A DNA stretch of 64,000 bases. It comes from Stylophora pistillata (lineage: Eukaryota). The notes beneath the pieces are model-generated. The model was given only the letters and a program-made list of their open reading frames with translations, was not told the origin of the DNA and made no database searches. Location: assembly GCF_002571385.2 (NCBI RefSeq), contig NW_019217817.1, positions 629,572 through 693,571 on the forward strand, written 5' to 3'. Positions 62,424 through 64,000 of the stretch are shown piece by piece. Position numbers and translations under genes: made by a program. Positions within the stretch are counted from its first letter, which is position 1, and the number at the start of each line of letters is the position of its first letter.

Positions 62424-64000
62424 AAAATAAAAAACGGACTGGCAGCAGAACTTTGATGTTTTCCCCAAATGAGCTCATAAATTTCGAAAGTGCAATAGCA
62501 CAATGGACAAAATAGGATCACGCGGTTACCAGACCTCGAGTATTTTATGGAAAATGCTAGAAGAGGCAAAGAAGATAGACAGGACACTAAATTAGAAACA
62601 ACTTGCTTCAAGTCAATAGTCTCCCAACTCGGCTTCAGTTCAGGGCCAAAAAAAAAAAACAAAAACAAAAAAACAAATAATTTGAGCATTCTTTGTAGCA
62701 GAACGAATCTTTCTCCGTGTTTTGGGCAACATCGACAAATATCTAGGTGTGACATGGCGGCGTGGATACCCGACATGGCAGGCTTCGTAAGCTCTCATTT
62801 CACCGCGAGCGGTTCCTGGCTTTTTTTTCCCCATACATGTCTTTCTGTGAATCGAAGCGTGGGTGAACTGTTTTCAAAATTTTTGTGACTACCACTCTAT
62901 ACACACTGCTGTAAAGTCGAGCTAGAAAATTGAAGTAGTGTAAATTACAGAAATTTCAACTTTGTTATTTTCGTAATTTTCGCAAATCAATTAAGCTAAT
63001 CTCTAAGATTAATCCATCTGATCTTCCGAAGTATTGTTACATTATTATTTAAATCAGTGTTTTTGCTTTCACTTTTATTTATTTTACCAAATGACCTGGC
63101 GAATCCAAAAGGAGTGCAGACAGACGGCGGCAAATATCGCTAAACACCAAAATTATTAATCTGCAGTTAGTCTCGGTATCTCCTATCAAGCTTCGCTCGC
63201 GTAAAGGTATGATCGTTTCTCTGATCACGCATCCTCGCACTCTTTTCAAATAGCTGAAGTCTGACAAAAAGAGAAACAAAAAAATAAAAAGACAGTAGGG
63301 CGGGTTCACATTTCTTCCTAACTGGTCTTAAGCACCTCTTTCCGTTTCTTTTGAATACTGATCTTGTGCCGCGAAACTTCCCGTGATTAAAAATCAATTT
63401 TTATTTTTGTGGAAAGAAGTCTCGACACCACTTTTTTCTGTCGTTAGTCTTAAAAACCGACATACACATCGGCAAGTCAACGGGAAATTTTGTTATATTT
63501 CCTATCCTACTTCAGTTGGACAAAGGGGGATGGCGGTGGAGTGGGGATAAGGAAGAGCCAATCTACCGCTTAAATTTCTAGCACTCTGATCCCATTCTCT
63601 TAAAGTATATATTTCATGTAAGGGGCCTACTATTCCGTTTTTCAAATTTCAACCTCAGTTTGAAATTTTCTTAATTTCCAGTTTAATAAACCCAAATTCT
63701 GTACGTGTGATCGACAGCAAAACGGTCCAAAGCTGGATCTAGTTTAACCTGCACTCTGCTGACAAAGCATCATTTGTGTTGGTAATCAAATTTGATATCT
63801 GTCTCACCGTTCTATGAAAGACCTAGGTACCCACATGGGTATTTCTTTCAAAAATGATATGCCGCAGAGAGACAGGGCGTTCACCCGAGTTTCTGGTCTT
63901 CCGTATCACTGTGATTTTTTTTATTGTGAGTTTCCTTACCGGGTTCTTTTTCCAAGTAAAACACGTATATTCTCTCACATTTTCTCCACCCAAACTCCGG

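Overview
Eukaryotic, AT-rich, repeat-rich scaffold with GT-AG spliced genes and several N gaps. The gene content and repeat landscape suggest a cnidarian, probably a stony coral; this is inferred, not proven. Five host genes were reconstructed by hand: (1) a 7-dehydrocholesterol reductase (DHCR7) with an intronless CDS and an unusual 8x QNGH N-terminal repeat; (2) a 3-exon phosphonoacetaldehyde hydrolase (PhnX/phosphonatase) with a mitochondrial-type presequence; (3) an 18-exon ciliary STPG2, which is head-to-head with (4) mitochondrial SSBP1, one exon of which is missing and probably lies in a gap; (5) a single-exon Myb/SANT coiled-coil gene (MSANTD4-like). Mobile DNA includes an intact ISL2EU-type THAP-DDE transposase with its YqaJ/PHD partner that appears assembled next to its own empty-site allele. 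It also includes a TTAA-targeting Kolobok-like element keeping an AT-hook first exon, a P-like MITE, many other MITEs, LINE 3' fragments and a Penelope-type minimal hammerhead ribozyme motif. Several single-N joins look like tandemly assembled haplotypes rather than real duplications. No clearly unprecedented multi-gene system was found. The most notable biology is the putatively mitochondrial animal phosphonatase, the intronless repeat-bearing DHCR7 and the apparently polymorphic ISL2EU insertion.
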